From: Octopus sinensis
Taxonomy: Eukaryota
Length of the DNA: 64,000 nt
Reading direction: 5' to 3'
NCBI RefSeq assembly: GCF_006345805.1
Contig: NC_042998.1
Coordinates: forward strand, 11,222,001-11,286,000
Numbering within the stretch: position 1 is the first letter of the stretch; each line of letters starts with the position of its first letter. Position numbers and translations under genes: made by a program. The notes under the pieces are model-generated. The model saw nothing but the letters and a program-made list of their open reading frames with translations, ran no database searches and was not told where the DNA came from. Below, in pieces: positions 40,030-53,529 of the stretch.

Positions 40030-40212
40030 AAAAGTGCCTTTATCGGCAGATATATTGGGGACGTACCTGCTAATTCTATTAACCAATTGTTCAATGATTA
40101 TGGTTGTTGGTTGGCGCCTAAATCTATGTAGGAGTCTTCCTGATTTGGTTTGTCGTGTGGTTTAAATTTTCTTGTGCAGAGGTTCATGTTAATATCTAGG
40201 AATATGACTTCT
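40030..40212 (-). mobile_element. Penelope-like (Neptune-type) RT thumb, inverted segment
   Basis: EVIFLDINMNLCTRKFKPHDKPNQ..YI...IIEQL..ISADKGTFE. Confidence 0.75.
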
Positions 40213-40920
40213 TTAAGCAGATAAAGATAGTTTTGAACAGGTCACCCCATACTATAATGCTGCATTGGAAAGATCAGACTTCAAGAATAGCATAAACTAC
40301 ATTGAACCAAATGTAGATCGACCAGAGGAAACTTTTATGGTTTAACTCAGCTTATAGCATGAATGCAGCCATTAACATAGCTAGAAGTTTCTTAAAATTA
40401 ATAGATAATCACTTCCCATATTCACACAAATACCACAAGATCTTCAATAGAAATGTCATTAAAGTTACCTATAGTTGCCTCCCCAATACAGGGTCGATAA
40501 TACTCAGCCACAATAAAATAGATCCACCGAGAATGCTCCCAAAAGACACTGTAACTGTAGATCTCCAAACCACTCTTTTATAAATAATAATTGTCTGGAA
40601 AAAGAACTTATATACAAGGCCAAAATCATAGATCTCAATGGAGTAACAAAGACGTATATCGAAATGACGTTCAGGGAAAGATACACACAACACCTGGCGT
40701 CATTCAGGAACAAAAATAAAAGACATGCGAATCCCAATTCAATATGATATGGACATTGAAAGAAGGAGGAGGAAGCAACCGCCATATAACATGCATCATT
40801 ATTGCTAAACCTAAAAAATACAGTAGGCGGGGTACCAAATGTGAACTCTGTATCACTGAAAAGTTAAATATCATGAAGACAACAGGTTACCTCTTAAATA
40901 TTCGGGTGGGGGGACCTCTC
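40213..40920 (+). mobile_element. Penelope-like (Neptune-type) linker + GIY-YIG, decayed
   Basis: FEQVTPYYNAAL..LWFNSAYSMN..FLKLIDNHFPYSHKYHKIFNRNVIKVTYSCLPN...IWTLKE...CELCITEK...LLNIR. Confidence 0.85.
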
Positions 40921-42506
40921 TCTGCATACACAAACAATATTTTACATTTCAAAGAGGAACCACCAACCACTCCGCCAACCCCACCAGGATAGTTTCTTTC
41001 CCAGAACGTGAACGTAGAAGATATACAACATACGAACTCCACACATAGAGGATACATACCCACCGCTGATGAACTCTCTCAGCACACATACATACGATCG
41101 TCACATGTATCCAGAATATAATATAATATACTGCAAAAAATTCGCCATCCAATACGGTTTTCCCCAAAACTCAAGCCGAAGGGAGATAATCACTCAGAAG
41201 GTGTCATCCAAAAGTAACGTCCATCGATTCCTTGATTTCTTTACGAGAATTGTTTGTGAATTCCCAAGATTGTTCGTGTTTTCATCGACAATGGAGATGA
41301 AACGAACACTATTCTACCGTGTGATCGGTCTGAAAGTTTGTTAAGACATTGAGATATTTTTCTTAAGATGAAACCAAGCGTAGCCCTAATATACAATTAC
41401 ACACACACACACACATACACACACACACATACACACACACACATATATAAGTGTGTGTGTGTGTGTGTAGTCTTCTACAATATCGTGGGGGCGATCTAAG
41501 CTTTGTGAGTGGATTTAGCAGGTGGAACTGAAACACCGTATGTATGTATGTATATATGCATGTATGTATGTATGCTTATATATATATATGTATGTATACA
41601 TGTGTACACATATACACATATGTATATATGTACACATATACACACATATGTATTTATAAGTACATATATATGTATGTATATGTACATATAAGTGTATATG
41701 TGTTTGTGTATGCATGAATGAGTTACAGCCCTATCTGATTCCCCAATAGCTTTAGTTCTCTGTATGTACAAATATTAACAAGATTGCTGATATTTATTAA
41801 TGGTTTATCCCATTGTGTTGATGTGCCATTTTCTATCATCAATAAAACAGACTGCATTTGTGACGACACGGGCATTCTAGTTAAAAATTAACCAATAGCG
41901 ACAGAAGCAGTATTAGTCGCAAAACGCAGTCTTTATGACTAACTTACGGTGGATGTTTTGCTACGACATCGAATACTGCCATATTTACCCTGAGAGAACC
42001 TCTCATATGGACTTGTGATGCATAGAAGCACTTGTACTTATATCATTGACAGCCTGTCAGATAGTGGGAAGATCAGTGCCTGCAGAGACACTGAAATTCT
42101 ATATGTTGTTGCCAGTAACATTCGGCTGTTGTGACGCATGTTTTCAAACTGATAAACTTTCTGATACAGGTATTGATAGGGTGCGACCTGAGTGAAATTT
42201 TGAGCAGATATTTGTATTACATTTGGCTACGATATAGTAGTCTGTATGTAATAGAATTTAATTTGTGATTTGATAATAGCTTATATGTAATAGTAATTAA
42301 ATTACGATTTGAGAGAAACTTGGTTGCTATTTCTGTGAAGTCAAGTTACCACACGGAAAACTAACATACAGGCTCGTACGCACATACATACACATACACA
42401 CATATAATTGTTTTCGATTATATGCAGCAAAGAAATACTCCTAAAAACTTTAGGATGCTTATATATATGTGTGTATGTGAGTGCCTGTATTTATACATTA
42501 TGCATA

Positions 42507-42596
<90 letters not shown>

Positions 42597-42714
42597 GAGG
42601 GAATATTATTCCAAACTTACAGGGAAAAATTGAAAGGTGTTTTTTTTCTAATTTGCATATATATATAGATGCATTTATATATGTATGTACATACATGTAC
42701 ATATGTGTGTTTTG

Positions 42715-42771
<57 letters not shown>

Positions 42772-42857
42772 ATAGATAGATAGACAGATACACATTCATG
42801 CATACATACATACATACATAAATACATACATACATACTTACTTACTTACTTACATAC

Positions 42858-42888
<31 letters not shown>

Positions 42889-42950
42889 CATACATACATA
42901 CATACATACATACATACTTATATACATACATACTTACTTACATACATGCA
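42715..42950. repeat. (TA)n/(GA)n/(TACA)n block
   Basis: Direct reading. Confidence 0.94.
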
Positions 42951-43668
42951 CATACATTCTTTGCAGAAATGGGCTTTGTTATTGTTAAGCTAATCTTTAT
43001 TGTTAAGCTAATGTTCATTGTTTAAGCTAAATAACTGTCTAAACAATTTCAATCTTAGCTAATGGATAACCAAAATCGAAACAACTTTAGTTCCTGTTCA
43101 GTCAGTCTCGTCTCCAATCAATTCCGGGAAATTTTAAATCCAGGAAATATATGGCACAGATTTCGTTTCTTTTAATAATTGCTGTCATTTCTTTTCTTTT
43201 ATAGCAAACAAAGAATAGAAGACAAGAAAAAATAGATGAAAAAGTAATTAGATAATAAATATTAAAATAAAACTTATCTCTAGAAATAAGTATAAGTATT
43301 ACTTGTAGACCTTGATAAATTTTGAGATCAATATGATTGTATTAACTATTGTCTTTTATCTATTTTTAGCTAATGGAATTATTTTGCTTGAAAAATTCAA
43401 AAGAATTAATTTTAAGCAGAATTTACTCAACCTCGGTACTGTTAAGTACGTTACAATGAAACGTAATTGGTCTGCAATGCAACGACTTCACTGAAGCAGG
43501 CAATCCTAAAAATTGTTCTAGTTGTAACTATATTCTATAAGTATCCAATGACGTTTTGATTGAATTTATATAACACTCAAGATCTACAAAGTATCAATTA
43601 TATATACCTTCCCTTACAATTTTAACTCATCCCTTGTTGCCCGTATTCTTCTTCTTCTTATTATTATT

Positions 43669-43993
43669 TAGTTTTATAGCGTGCTTTCACTTCACTACCG
43701 AGCGCAGCTCTGTGTGCCTTGGGTATGTGCTGTGATTTGTTGTGATGCTCTGAGATGCTCTGATGGTTATTGTATGGAAAGTGTTCTGCGTAGGATGTGT
43801 GCAGTGCCTAGTAGTGCAATTTTCTGTATGTTATATGTGTTTGTAAGTCCTTGTGTTTTTGTTATGTATTTGTCTGAATATTTTTTTTATCATGCCTAAT
43901 GCACCTACTTTGATAGGAATTGTTTCTGATTTTAGATTCTACATTCTGGTTACCTCTATTTCCAGGTCTTTGTATTTTGAGAGCTTCTCCATT
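43669..43993 (-). mobile_element. R4/Dong-like family A, short 3' end
   Basis: Reverse complement of 1291-1610 with a small GATGCTCTGA duplication; (TTA)n on both sides. Confidence 0.92.
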
Positions 43994-44003
43994 ATTATTA
44001 TTA

Positions 44004-44101
<98 letters not shown>

Positions 44102-44116
44102 GTTATTATTATTATT

Positions 44117-44500
44117 AAGCGAGAGATGAAGGGCATGCCTTCAAAGTGACACTGGTGTAAAAGAATACGAAGTCCATTATACCCTCCATGACTACTTGTA
44201 TGATAAGGATACACCAGGTACATGCATCACAATCATATGTGCGTGACATGGTGATCTCATATCAAGATAAATAGATAAACGAAACACTCATGTTTCCAGA
44301 GCTAAATTCTTCAAACCCCAAAGAATTTCCTCCCAAGACATGGCTATGATGCACCCCACTACATCTACTTATGATCAGAGATGCGATTATTGTCTGCTAC
44401 TAAGGGACATGTTCAACTGGTTATGGTCAAACAACTGACAAGGAAATCTGTGGTATTGAGCAGAATATTTGTTGTAGCCCACCATTTATACCAAGACCAA
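44117..44500 (-). mobile_element. Non-coding TAA-tailed repeat, copy 2 (longer 5' side, internal deletion)
   Basis: Homologous to 286-632. Confidence 0.7.
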
Positions 44501-44623
44501 AAATGCACATGATAATACTTCCAATCAGTTACGGTCAGAAGCAGGTAGTATTGTTGTTATAATAATGACAACAACAGCAACAACAACAACAATAATAATA
44601 ACAATATTATTATTATTATTATC

Positions 44624-44813
44624 AAGGCGGTGCGCTGGCAGAATCTTTAGCACGTCGGGCGAAATGCTTAGCGGTTTTTCGGCCGCCGCTATATTCTGAG
44701 GTCGACTGAGCCTTTCATCTTTTCGGGGTCGGTAAATTAAGTACCAGTTGAATACTGGGATCGAGATAATCTCCCTCCCACAAATTTCAGGCATTTTGCC
44801 TATAGTAGAAATG
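44624..44813 (+). mobile_element. SINE group 3, tail type b
   Basis: AAGGCGGTGCGCTGGCAGAA head; GCCTATAGTAGAAA tail; (TTA)n on both sides. Confidence 0.82.
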
Positions 44814-44846
44814 TTTATTATTATTATTATTGTTGTTGTTGTTGCT

Positions 44847-44913
<67 letters not shown>

Positions 44914-44925
44914 TATTATATTATT

Positions 44926-47900
44926 GTCATTGCATAGTTTCTAACGCTGGAAATGTACTACGGTGTCAGTTGTTCATTACCAGTGAACTAAGGTAACGCC
45001 CCTTATATTTCGAGCACTATCCGGAGTATTCGAGTGGTTTCAAGCAGTGCTGTTTTCTGCAAGTGCTCCACTCGTATTGCGGCCCTTACTTGTTCCATGT
45101 ACTAATCAAGATTTTTATTCACTGTTCCAGTGTTCCGACAATTATTGGTACTACTACTACCTTTTTTCAGCAACCACAACTGCTTAACCTCTCAAGCTAA
45201 CCTGTTATATCTATCGACTTCTTTTTCTTTATCACGTACCTTGTTGTCAGCTGAGCATGCTATATCTATGATCCAGCATCGTTTGCTTTCTTTCTCAATT
45301 AAACATATTCCTAGTTTCCTATTCTTTGTCTCATGGTTGCACTGAATCTTTGCATTATCGATTTCTATGATGCCTTCGGGTTTATGTTCGTAACACTTTT
45401 TGCTCTGTCAAGTCCACACTTGTTGCAATGGACAATCCTTGTATTGTGATGACGTCTCTTATATTCTTTCTGAGCTAGTTGCGTACATTGCCTAGTAATA
45501 TGCTCTACGGTTTCATCATTTTGTCCACAAGTTCTGCACTTAACACTTTCTCATATGTTGTCTATTCTGCATTTGATATGATTGGTTCTCATTGCTTGCT
45601 CTTGGGCAGCACAGATTAGCGCCTCAGTTTCCGGTTTTAAATCACTTTTAGTCATCCATAGCCATCTTTTTTCTCTGTGTTATCTTCAACATCCCTATGA
45701 AATTAACCTTGCATTCTGCTCTTTATTCACCTATTTTCAGTTTCATTCATTCTCAAGTACTTGTACTGTACTTTATCATTGTAATCTTCCATCCTACACA
45801 AGCCTGACCTTCATACTTCCAATAATAGCGGTTCTGTGGCATTTTTTACATACCATGTTATGTTGATTTCTTCTGCTCTAATACTGTGTTTCCAATCAGT
45901 CCACTTACCACACTTTTTTAGCACATACAGTCTGTCTTTGCCACGTTTTAGGCAGCAACTTCCTTGTCTTTCTGGCTTAGCTGTTTAGTTCGTCTATGCG
46001 ATTACCCCTGCTCTATATCTAAGAGTGAAGCCGCCCAGATGTCAATAGCTTTAATATTAATCCGTTCGTTTAATTTCGACTTACGGATCAGTCTCAGTCT
46101 GCGCAAATACACCACCTTAAATTTTTCTGTCATTTCTTCCTCCATCAATTTATCCTTTTCCCAAATCCCCAAGTACTTATAGCCCGTCTCATCTATCTGC
46201 TTCATAACCTCTACCGACGGTATCGCTAGCCCATCCATACATTTGATTTTGTCTCTCTTCAAACTAACATACCACACTTTTTCAATGAGGGAACTGGCTT
46301 GGGATTCAAGCTTACCATAAAATTTGAGGTCATCCATGAATAACAAGTGGCTGACTTTTTGTTGGCGGCTCTTGAATGCATACCCAGCCTTTGCTTTCCT
46401 CAGTATCAGTGTTAGTAGTATCACACAGTACAAAGATCAGTAAGTACAGGCAATCCCCCTGAAAGATGCCTCTCCTGATTTCTATAAACTTCTTTCATAT
46501 ACTGTCAGTTCTGTCCTTCCTTTCGCCATACTTTTTCCAAACAATCGCTCAGCATTCGATGCAATACCAAATAGGTTCAAACATTCCATAATCCAAGAAT
46601 ATGGGATCATATCGTACGCCTTACGATAATCGCTCAGCATTCGATGCAGTACCAAATAGGTTCAAACATTCCATAATCCAAGAATATGGGATCATATCGT
46701 ACGCAGTTAGTTTTCATCCTCTCGCAGTCTCTAAGTACAGTTTTGTCTACCAGGAGTTGATTCTTGGTACCTCTGCACTTATGCTTGCAACCCTTCTGCT
46801 TATGTCCGTACATTGACTTTGCAACTTTTCCAGTCAATAATTTCCACATAAGTCACAGGCAGGATATAGGCCTGTAATTGTCTACCGTATTGCCTTTTAT
46901 GATGTTTTTTCAAACACAGCACTGTCCTACCCAATGTCAACCACTCTGGTGTTACTTGGTTGGTATTTATCAAGGTGCTGAGTTGTACAGCTATTCGTGC
47001 ATCTTTTGATCCAGTAGCCTTGAACTCTATCTGGTCCCGGGGCTTTCCAGTTGCCCGTCTTTTGCTGATTTCTTTCACTTCCCTAACTGCAATAACTTGT
47101 TCTGCTTGTTTTGGACAGACTAATGTTATTTTCAGTTATTGCAACCATTCAGCATCATTCTTGTGCTCCGAAACAATTGACTTTCAAAGTTATCTGGTAT
47201 CAACTTTTCATCCGTACACTCTCCATTTATTTCTTTATAGAATCTCTTCTGGTCTACTCTGTACAACCTATTCGGCTGGTAAGCCTTCATTATTTGGTCG
47301 TATATTACCATCTTTGCTTTCTCTGCAACGAGGCTCTGTTCCAGTTCCTCTATTACCACATTCAGCCCCTTTCTTTCAATATCATACTTCCTGTTCAGTA
47401 CCCTGTATTTTTATTCGATCTTAAGCTCTCCCTTCTCTTTTCGATTTAACACAGAAATTTCATTCGTGAGTATATCTCACCCCGTCTGTATTCTTCTTTT
47501 CCACCATGGATCTTTTCTTTTGTCACTCCCATTATATTTCTTTTTCTTGTCATCAACACCAACATTTTCTGCTAAAACAATACTTGATCCCTTGATCACA
47601 TTATTTATTTCTGTGATGTTTTTGTGATGTGTTTCAGAATTTCATTCACATTTTTCGTTTCTTGGTTCAATTTCCACCGATCAACCATTTTAAAGTTGCA
47701 ATTAATGTTTCTATCGTTCTCCTGTAGCCTTGCCTTTATTCTTTCGTAGATTACCTCTCACCCATGTATCATGTCACCATTAGTTTTATTGTCTTCTTCC
47801 AAACTATCTATATGTCTCTCACCGAGCAAGGTATCACTGTTCCTTTCCTCTGGTGTATTAGAGATTTCACCGCTATTTTCTGCTATGAGATTTCCATCGT

Positions 47901-47990
47901 TTCCCCTGCTGCTGTTTTTTAATACCCGTCTTTTGATAGCTTCTAGCTCTACTTCTCCTAACCAACGTTAGTCTTCCTCTTCTTTTTCTG
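44926..47990 (-). mobile_element. R4/Dong-like family B, ~3.1 kb covering most of the ORF, heavily mutated
   Basis: In order: WLGEVELEAIKRR (N-terminal), TPEWLTLGRTVL, DYRKAYDMIP, HLLFMDDLKFYG, YKYLG, VVPIIVGTLG, LQKTALL; (TAA)n after the 3' UTR. Confidence 0.88.
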
Positions 47991-48977
47991 ACGTGGCAGT
48001 GCACAGAATAGGCAGCGTGAATGTACGTGGCCTCGGATCGCCTTGGAAGCTGGTTCACCAGCTCAACGACCTCAGGGCACTGAATATCAATATGGTGGCC
48101 ATTAGTGAAACCAGGATATTCGACTCACGGAATTTCCGACCCATTTTCGGTGACTATGAGGTGTACGCATCACCCAAGTTGTCCGGGAACGGGAAGCAGA
48201 ATCGCTGTGATAGTTCGGAAAAATATGAATCGTGTAGCACCGATGATCTTCCCGGATCCGGAAGATACGTTGGTAGTGCTGGACGTGACCAGACTAGTTT
48301 CTGTCTATGTCTGAACAGGGGCTGGACGACCAGATTTCTCCAGGCGTCTGGAAACTTTCTTGGGAACGTCCCGCTCTTTAGTGTTAAAGGGAGATTGGAA
48401 TGGAGTTTCAGATGTACGCTGGGAGTGTGTAGGTTTAGCAGACAGGGGAAAAAGGCACAGAAGCCACGTTAACCTGCTCAGAAGATTCCAACTGTTTAAC
48501 AGGTATCTACTAGATTTCCCTGATTTGCAGGTGTGGTCCTGGTCAAACCGCATCGGGTCATCCAGATCGTATCTAGATAGGGTATTCTGTGGAGAAGCAG
48601 ATAAGGATAACGAAAGGTGGCCACAACTTAAAGTAGTCGATTACACAGACCACAAATTACTGATCTGTACAGTCGACTTAGGCTTTATAGCAGGGCTCTG
48701 GTTATTGGAAGCTGAACACGTCGTTGCCATTGCGCAAAGGTTTCAGAGACCGGATTAGTGAACTAGTTAAACAACGATTAACCAGGAAAAATCAGTGGGC
48801 TTGCGACTCCGCACCTGAGGAAGAAAGTCCATGCCGTCCAACTGCGTCGTTGGGTACTGAACTGACGGACCGGTTAAGTTTCTCAGTGTCTGGTTAGGTC
48901 CGGACTTCCAGATGGACAAAAACTGGGGCGAGGTAACAAGCAGAGTAACTACTCTCACTCAGAAATGGGCCAAGAGG
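47990..48977 (+). mobile_element. Tx1/L1-clade LINE ORF2: APE endonuclease joined to the RT C-terminus (large internal deletion)
   Basis: HRIGSVNVRGL..MVAISETR..GDWNG..WSWSN...YLDRVF..YTDHKLL; then KFLSVWLGPDFQMDKNWGEV. Confidence 0.8.
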
Positions 48978-49335
48978 AAGCCAGGACCTTTGCGGTTGTT
49001 GAGCTTCTTCAGGACAGCCCTGACTTCCTCGGGAGTGACAGGATCAAATCTGCAAGTGTCGTCGGTTGTGACTGTGTCTGCAGTGATGGTTGGGCTGGGA
49101 TCGACTGGAACAGGTAGGTGATGGAAACGAAGGCTGAAGGGTTCATTCCAGCGTTCGAAGTAGGCGATTTCTATGCGGTTGACGTTGCCATTGGTATCGT
49201 TCACCAGGGCTGTTTTGAACTGGGGACCGGCACGGGCTCTGCGGGGCATCTTAAATGACTAGCTGATGTGGTTGTTTCTTGCTGCTGTCTCCTGACGCTC
49301 GCCTTCTTTCGCTCGCAACTCAACGAAATCATTGA
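48973..49335 (-). mobile_element. Pre-RT linker fragment of another APE-type LINE
   Basis: FDPVTPEEVRAVLKKLNNRKGPG, the usual helix preceding the RT domain. Confidence 0.65.
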
Positions 49336-50399
49336 TGAAGTTTATAAGTTACTAAGTTTCAGAAATATTTTGTCTCGGTGATTCTTTCGTCAGAGAATAT
49401 ATTGTTTTTGTAATGGCTAACGCAGAAAAAGAAAGCAGTACACATGACATCTATCAGGTCCCATGTCATCTGACAGGTTCGAGGGTAAGGGAAGACGAAA
49501 CTGCAAACTTTTGGGGCTTCTGCAGTGTGGAGCTGCGCATTAAAACATCGAGTTGTCCCGAATGCTCGTAACAGACTCGGTTCCACAAAAGCGCAAAATA
49601 CTCTTGGGAGCAGATGGTGATGCTAAATTGAGGTACTGACGAAGTCTATCACCATGAAATCCAAATGAAGTGTTTCTACATAAATTTCTGTCAACCCTAC
49701 ATTATATATTGTTTCGGTTGATCAATGTCTGTATTAGAAGACACCCAAATTGTCCAACTGTACATAAACATGGAACAATCCAGCCATACTTGCCCCATAT
49801 ACATCTTTATCGAAAACTGTATTTTGCAACACCCTAATAGACCGCGAATTGAAATCCTACTGTACTTCACTCTAGAACTGCTCCTGTGAGAAGTAATCGT
49901 ATATTCGTTTTAGGGACACAGCCAGTCTAAAGGATACAGCAAATTGCGTCTGAAGATATGCACTGAGGACAAATAACGACCTTATGAGTCAGCATAGCCT
50001 GTAAAAGGATTTAGCTGAACTAAAGACCTGAATAAATTGTTCAAAGAATAGTGTCAACATTTAAGGTGGGGTGGGAACACCGTAGACTGTTTTACAAAGT
50101 CATTGAGCGATGTCTGTATTCGTCTAATTTAAAATTAGCTACTAATGTTTTATTCTTAACAATTGTTAAATATATATCTTCACTACGCCCCATATTGAAA
50201 CTTAAACGCAAAACTCAATCATCCGATTAAACCATTTAAATTTCAATAGATTCATTTTGTATCTTTCATTTTTTTTTATTTAACTAACAAAAGGCTTACT
50301 GAGCAAGATGTTTCAATTTATATACATACATACATACATATATATATACATTCATATATGTGTATGTATGTGTGTATAGTATGTATGAGTGTGTTTGTA

Positions 50400-50452
<53 letters not shown>

Positions 50453-50779
50453 GTGCGTTATATAAACGGAAACAAAAAATGGAAGTACAACTGTGTATAC
50501 TGATATTAAAAGATTTCAAATTCCCAACGTTTAAGACACTGCAATCTGATCACAAATAGAAATGTGAATGTCAGTCACCTACATAGTAATCAACTACTTC
50601 TTGTTTTTTCTATGTATGTATTTGTGCATGCATACTTAAGAGGAATTGAAATATGTGCCAGACTTAAAGTGGCAAAATACTTCTTTCAGAACAAAATAGT
50701 ATACAAAAGAATTGTATTGTGCTATTTGCAGTGACACTGGTTCATACATAGGAATTCGGCTGGACGAAATTGGAAGCTA

Positions 50780-50797
50780 CATTACATGAACACACAC

Positions 50798-50880
<83 letters not shown>

Positions 50881-50980
50881 AATACATACATATATACACA
50901 TATACATATATAGTTGTGTACTGATACATACATACATGTGTGTATGAGTGTGTTGCGCGTGTATGTGTGTTAATGTGTGT

Positions 50981-51022
<42 letters not shown>

Positions 51023-51214
51023 ATGTATGCGTATGTATCAGCAAGAATGAGTCACATAGTCGTTTATTGATTGGAGACCTTTTTGTATGTTTCTACGCGT
51101 ATGCTTACGTATGTTTGTATACTTGTGTGTCAGCTAAATTCGTTATATATATATATATAATATATATATATATTATATATATATATATAATATATATATA
51201 TATATATGTATGTA

Positions 51215-51251
<37 letters not shown>

Positions 51252-51290
51252 GCAAATACACATATACACACGCATCTATGTGTGTATTGG

Positions 51291-51350
<60 letters not shown>
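50780..51350. repeat. (CA)n, (TA)n and (TG)n tracts
   Basis: Direct reading. Confidence 0.9.
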
Positions 51351-51351
<1 letters not shown>

Positions 51352-51658
51352 AGTGTGCAAATGTATGTATATATGAGAAAACCGAGGAAAGAAAAAAAAT
51401 GTGTCATACAAAATATAGCATAAAATAAAAGAATAAGATAGAGAAATGAAAAGATAGATAGAGTTTGTGCTTTTTATGAATATATAATAAAAGTGATTTC
51501 TCAACGTGTTACAAGGGCCAGATGTATGGGAGAAAGCGAGCAGCAATAAAAGCATCATTATAATTAAGTCGATCCAGTATACATAGTGTATTACTATGTA
51601 GAGCAGTCAAAGCTAACTGCGGCCCGCAAACTAAAGATTATACTGAAGGATATGCAAA

Positions 51659-52056
51659 CAGGAGTGGCTATGTGGTAAGTAGCTTGTTTACCAACCGCAT
51701 GGTTCCGGGTTCAGTCCCACTGCGTGGCACCTTGGGTAAGTGTCTTCTACTATAGCCTCGGGCCAACCAATGCCTTGTGAGTGGATTTGGTAGACGGAAA
51801 CTGAAAGAAGCCCGTCGTATATATGTATATATATATATATGCGTGTGTGTGTTTGTGTGTCTGTGTTTGTCCCCCTAGCATTGCTTGACAACCGATGCTG
51901 GTGTGTTTATGTCCCCGTTAATTAGCGGTTCGGCAAAAGAGACCGATAGAATAAGTACTGGGCTTACAAAAGAATAAGTCCCGGGGTCGAGTTGCTCGAT
52001 TAAAGGCGGTGCTCCTGCATGGCCGCAGTCAAATGACTGAAACAAGTAAAAGAGTA
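51659..52056 (+). mobile_element. SINE group 2, full length
   Basis: Reverse complement of 24261-24676. Confidence 0.9.
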
Positions 52057-52954
52057 AACTAAAGGTTCCCATGATTTTTTTTTTTAATAGTTCGGACTGC
52101 CTGATGATGAAGCATGTCTCACGCGGCCCTCTTCTCAAAAGATATTGCCCATGGCTGAAGTATAGGTGTAAGAATAGAAAAATTGAGCTCTGAGAGGAAT
52201 TGAATCTTGGCAATAAGAATACAGAATTGAACATTAGGTAAGCATTGTGGATTTGTTACTGAGGTAAATGTACAGTATGCATAGCGAAATGATTAAGAAA
52301 TTCACATGTCAATCATAGGGTCCTGATTTTTGATCCAACAGAGAGACGTTATTTTTATTCAAATACCATAATGTTGAATCAACTCTAAGTGAAATTTAGC
52401 AGATGGAAATTCTTTAGGAATTTATTGGATGTATTGTGTCTATGATTCAAAGGGGAAAATTTGCCGCAAGCTATCATTCTGATTCTCCGTAAGGATTGAT
52501 TTAAGATACACATGTCGGTGGAATATGAGGCCACGTACTTGTTAATTCAATGAGTCGGTCGTTGTATTGATTAATGTAAAAATCGTCAAAATCGGTGGAG
52601 AACCTTCTTTTCATTTCTAGTTTTATGCATACATGGGAATAAAATGAATGTTACGACTTTCTATATAGTCTCTTCTCCTTCTTCCTAAATAAGTTATGGT
52701 GAAGTTATGTAAAAAAAAAGAAGCAAATGAATAATCACACGCTCTCGTGCTTCTGGTCACGTCACGTACATTAGCACTTATTTTATTCTAAATATAATCG
52801 CAAGAGAAGCAGAAATGATTATATTTCTGAAAAACTCTTTTTTTTTTTTACAACTTTGCTACTGTGTTTTTTCTCTTCAATGTCAAGTACATGCAATTTG
52901 GTTTTGCAATTGGGAGTTAACATAGACCTCGTTATTAGTATTTCTTATTATTTC

Positions 52955-53510
52955 ATCGAGGTCAACTTTGCTTTTCTTCCGAACTCGATTACAAGAGTAA
53001 CAGTCTAGCACTGAGGTCGATGTAATCGATCAGGCCCTTCCCCCAAATTCCAGGCCTTGTGCCTATAGTAGAAAAGATTATTATTAATTAAGCAACTATA
53101 AAGCGGCAAGCTAGCAGAATTGTTAGCATGCCGGATAAAATGCTTAACAGCATTCCGTCCGTTTATAAAGCTGCCGAGGTCTACTTTGCCTTTCATCCTT
53201 TAGGAGTTGATAAAATAGGTATCTGTTGAGTACTAACAAATTTACCGGCCTTGTACCGAAATTTGAAACTAGTATTAGTTAATGAACACCGTGTTCAATC
53301 ATAGACATTTCGATGGGGGTGATCTAGCAGAATCGCTAAAGCGTCGGACAAAATTGTTCATGATACTTTTTGCAGATCTTTACATTATGAGTAGAAATCT
53401 CACTAAGGTCAACCAACACTGCCTTTTGTCTTTCTGAGGTCGATAAAATAAAGTACAAATAAAGAACGTCTTCCTGTCAAATTTCAGGGTTTATGTCTAT
53501 ATTAGAAACA
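52955..53510 (+). mobile_element. Three tandem diverged SINE group 3b copies (52955-53087, 53101-53270, 53315-53510)
   Basis: Each carries the GAGGTC.ACTTTGC core and a b-type tail. Confidence 0.72.
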
Positions 53511-53529
53511 ATATTAAAAGCTCGCTTTG

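Noticed and set aside
49340-49395. Minus-strand CTGACGA-A-AGAA..TTCT-GAAAC hammerhead core
   Set aside because: No stem III or cleavage triplet can be formed downstream.
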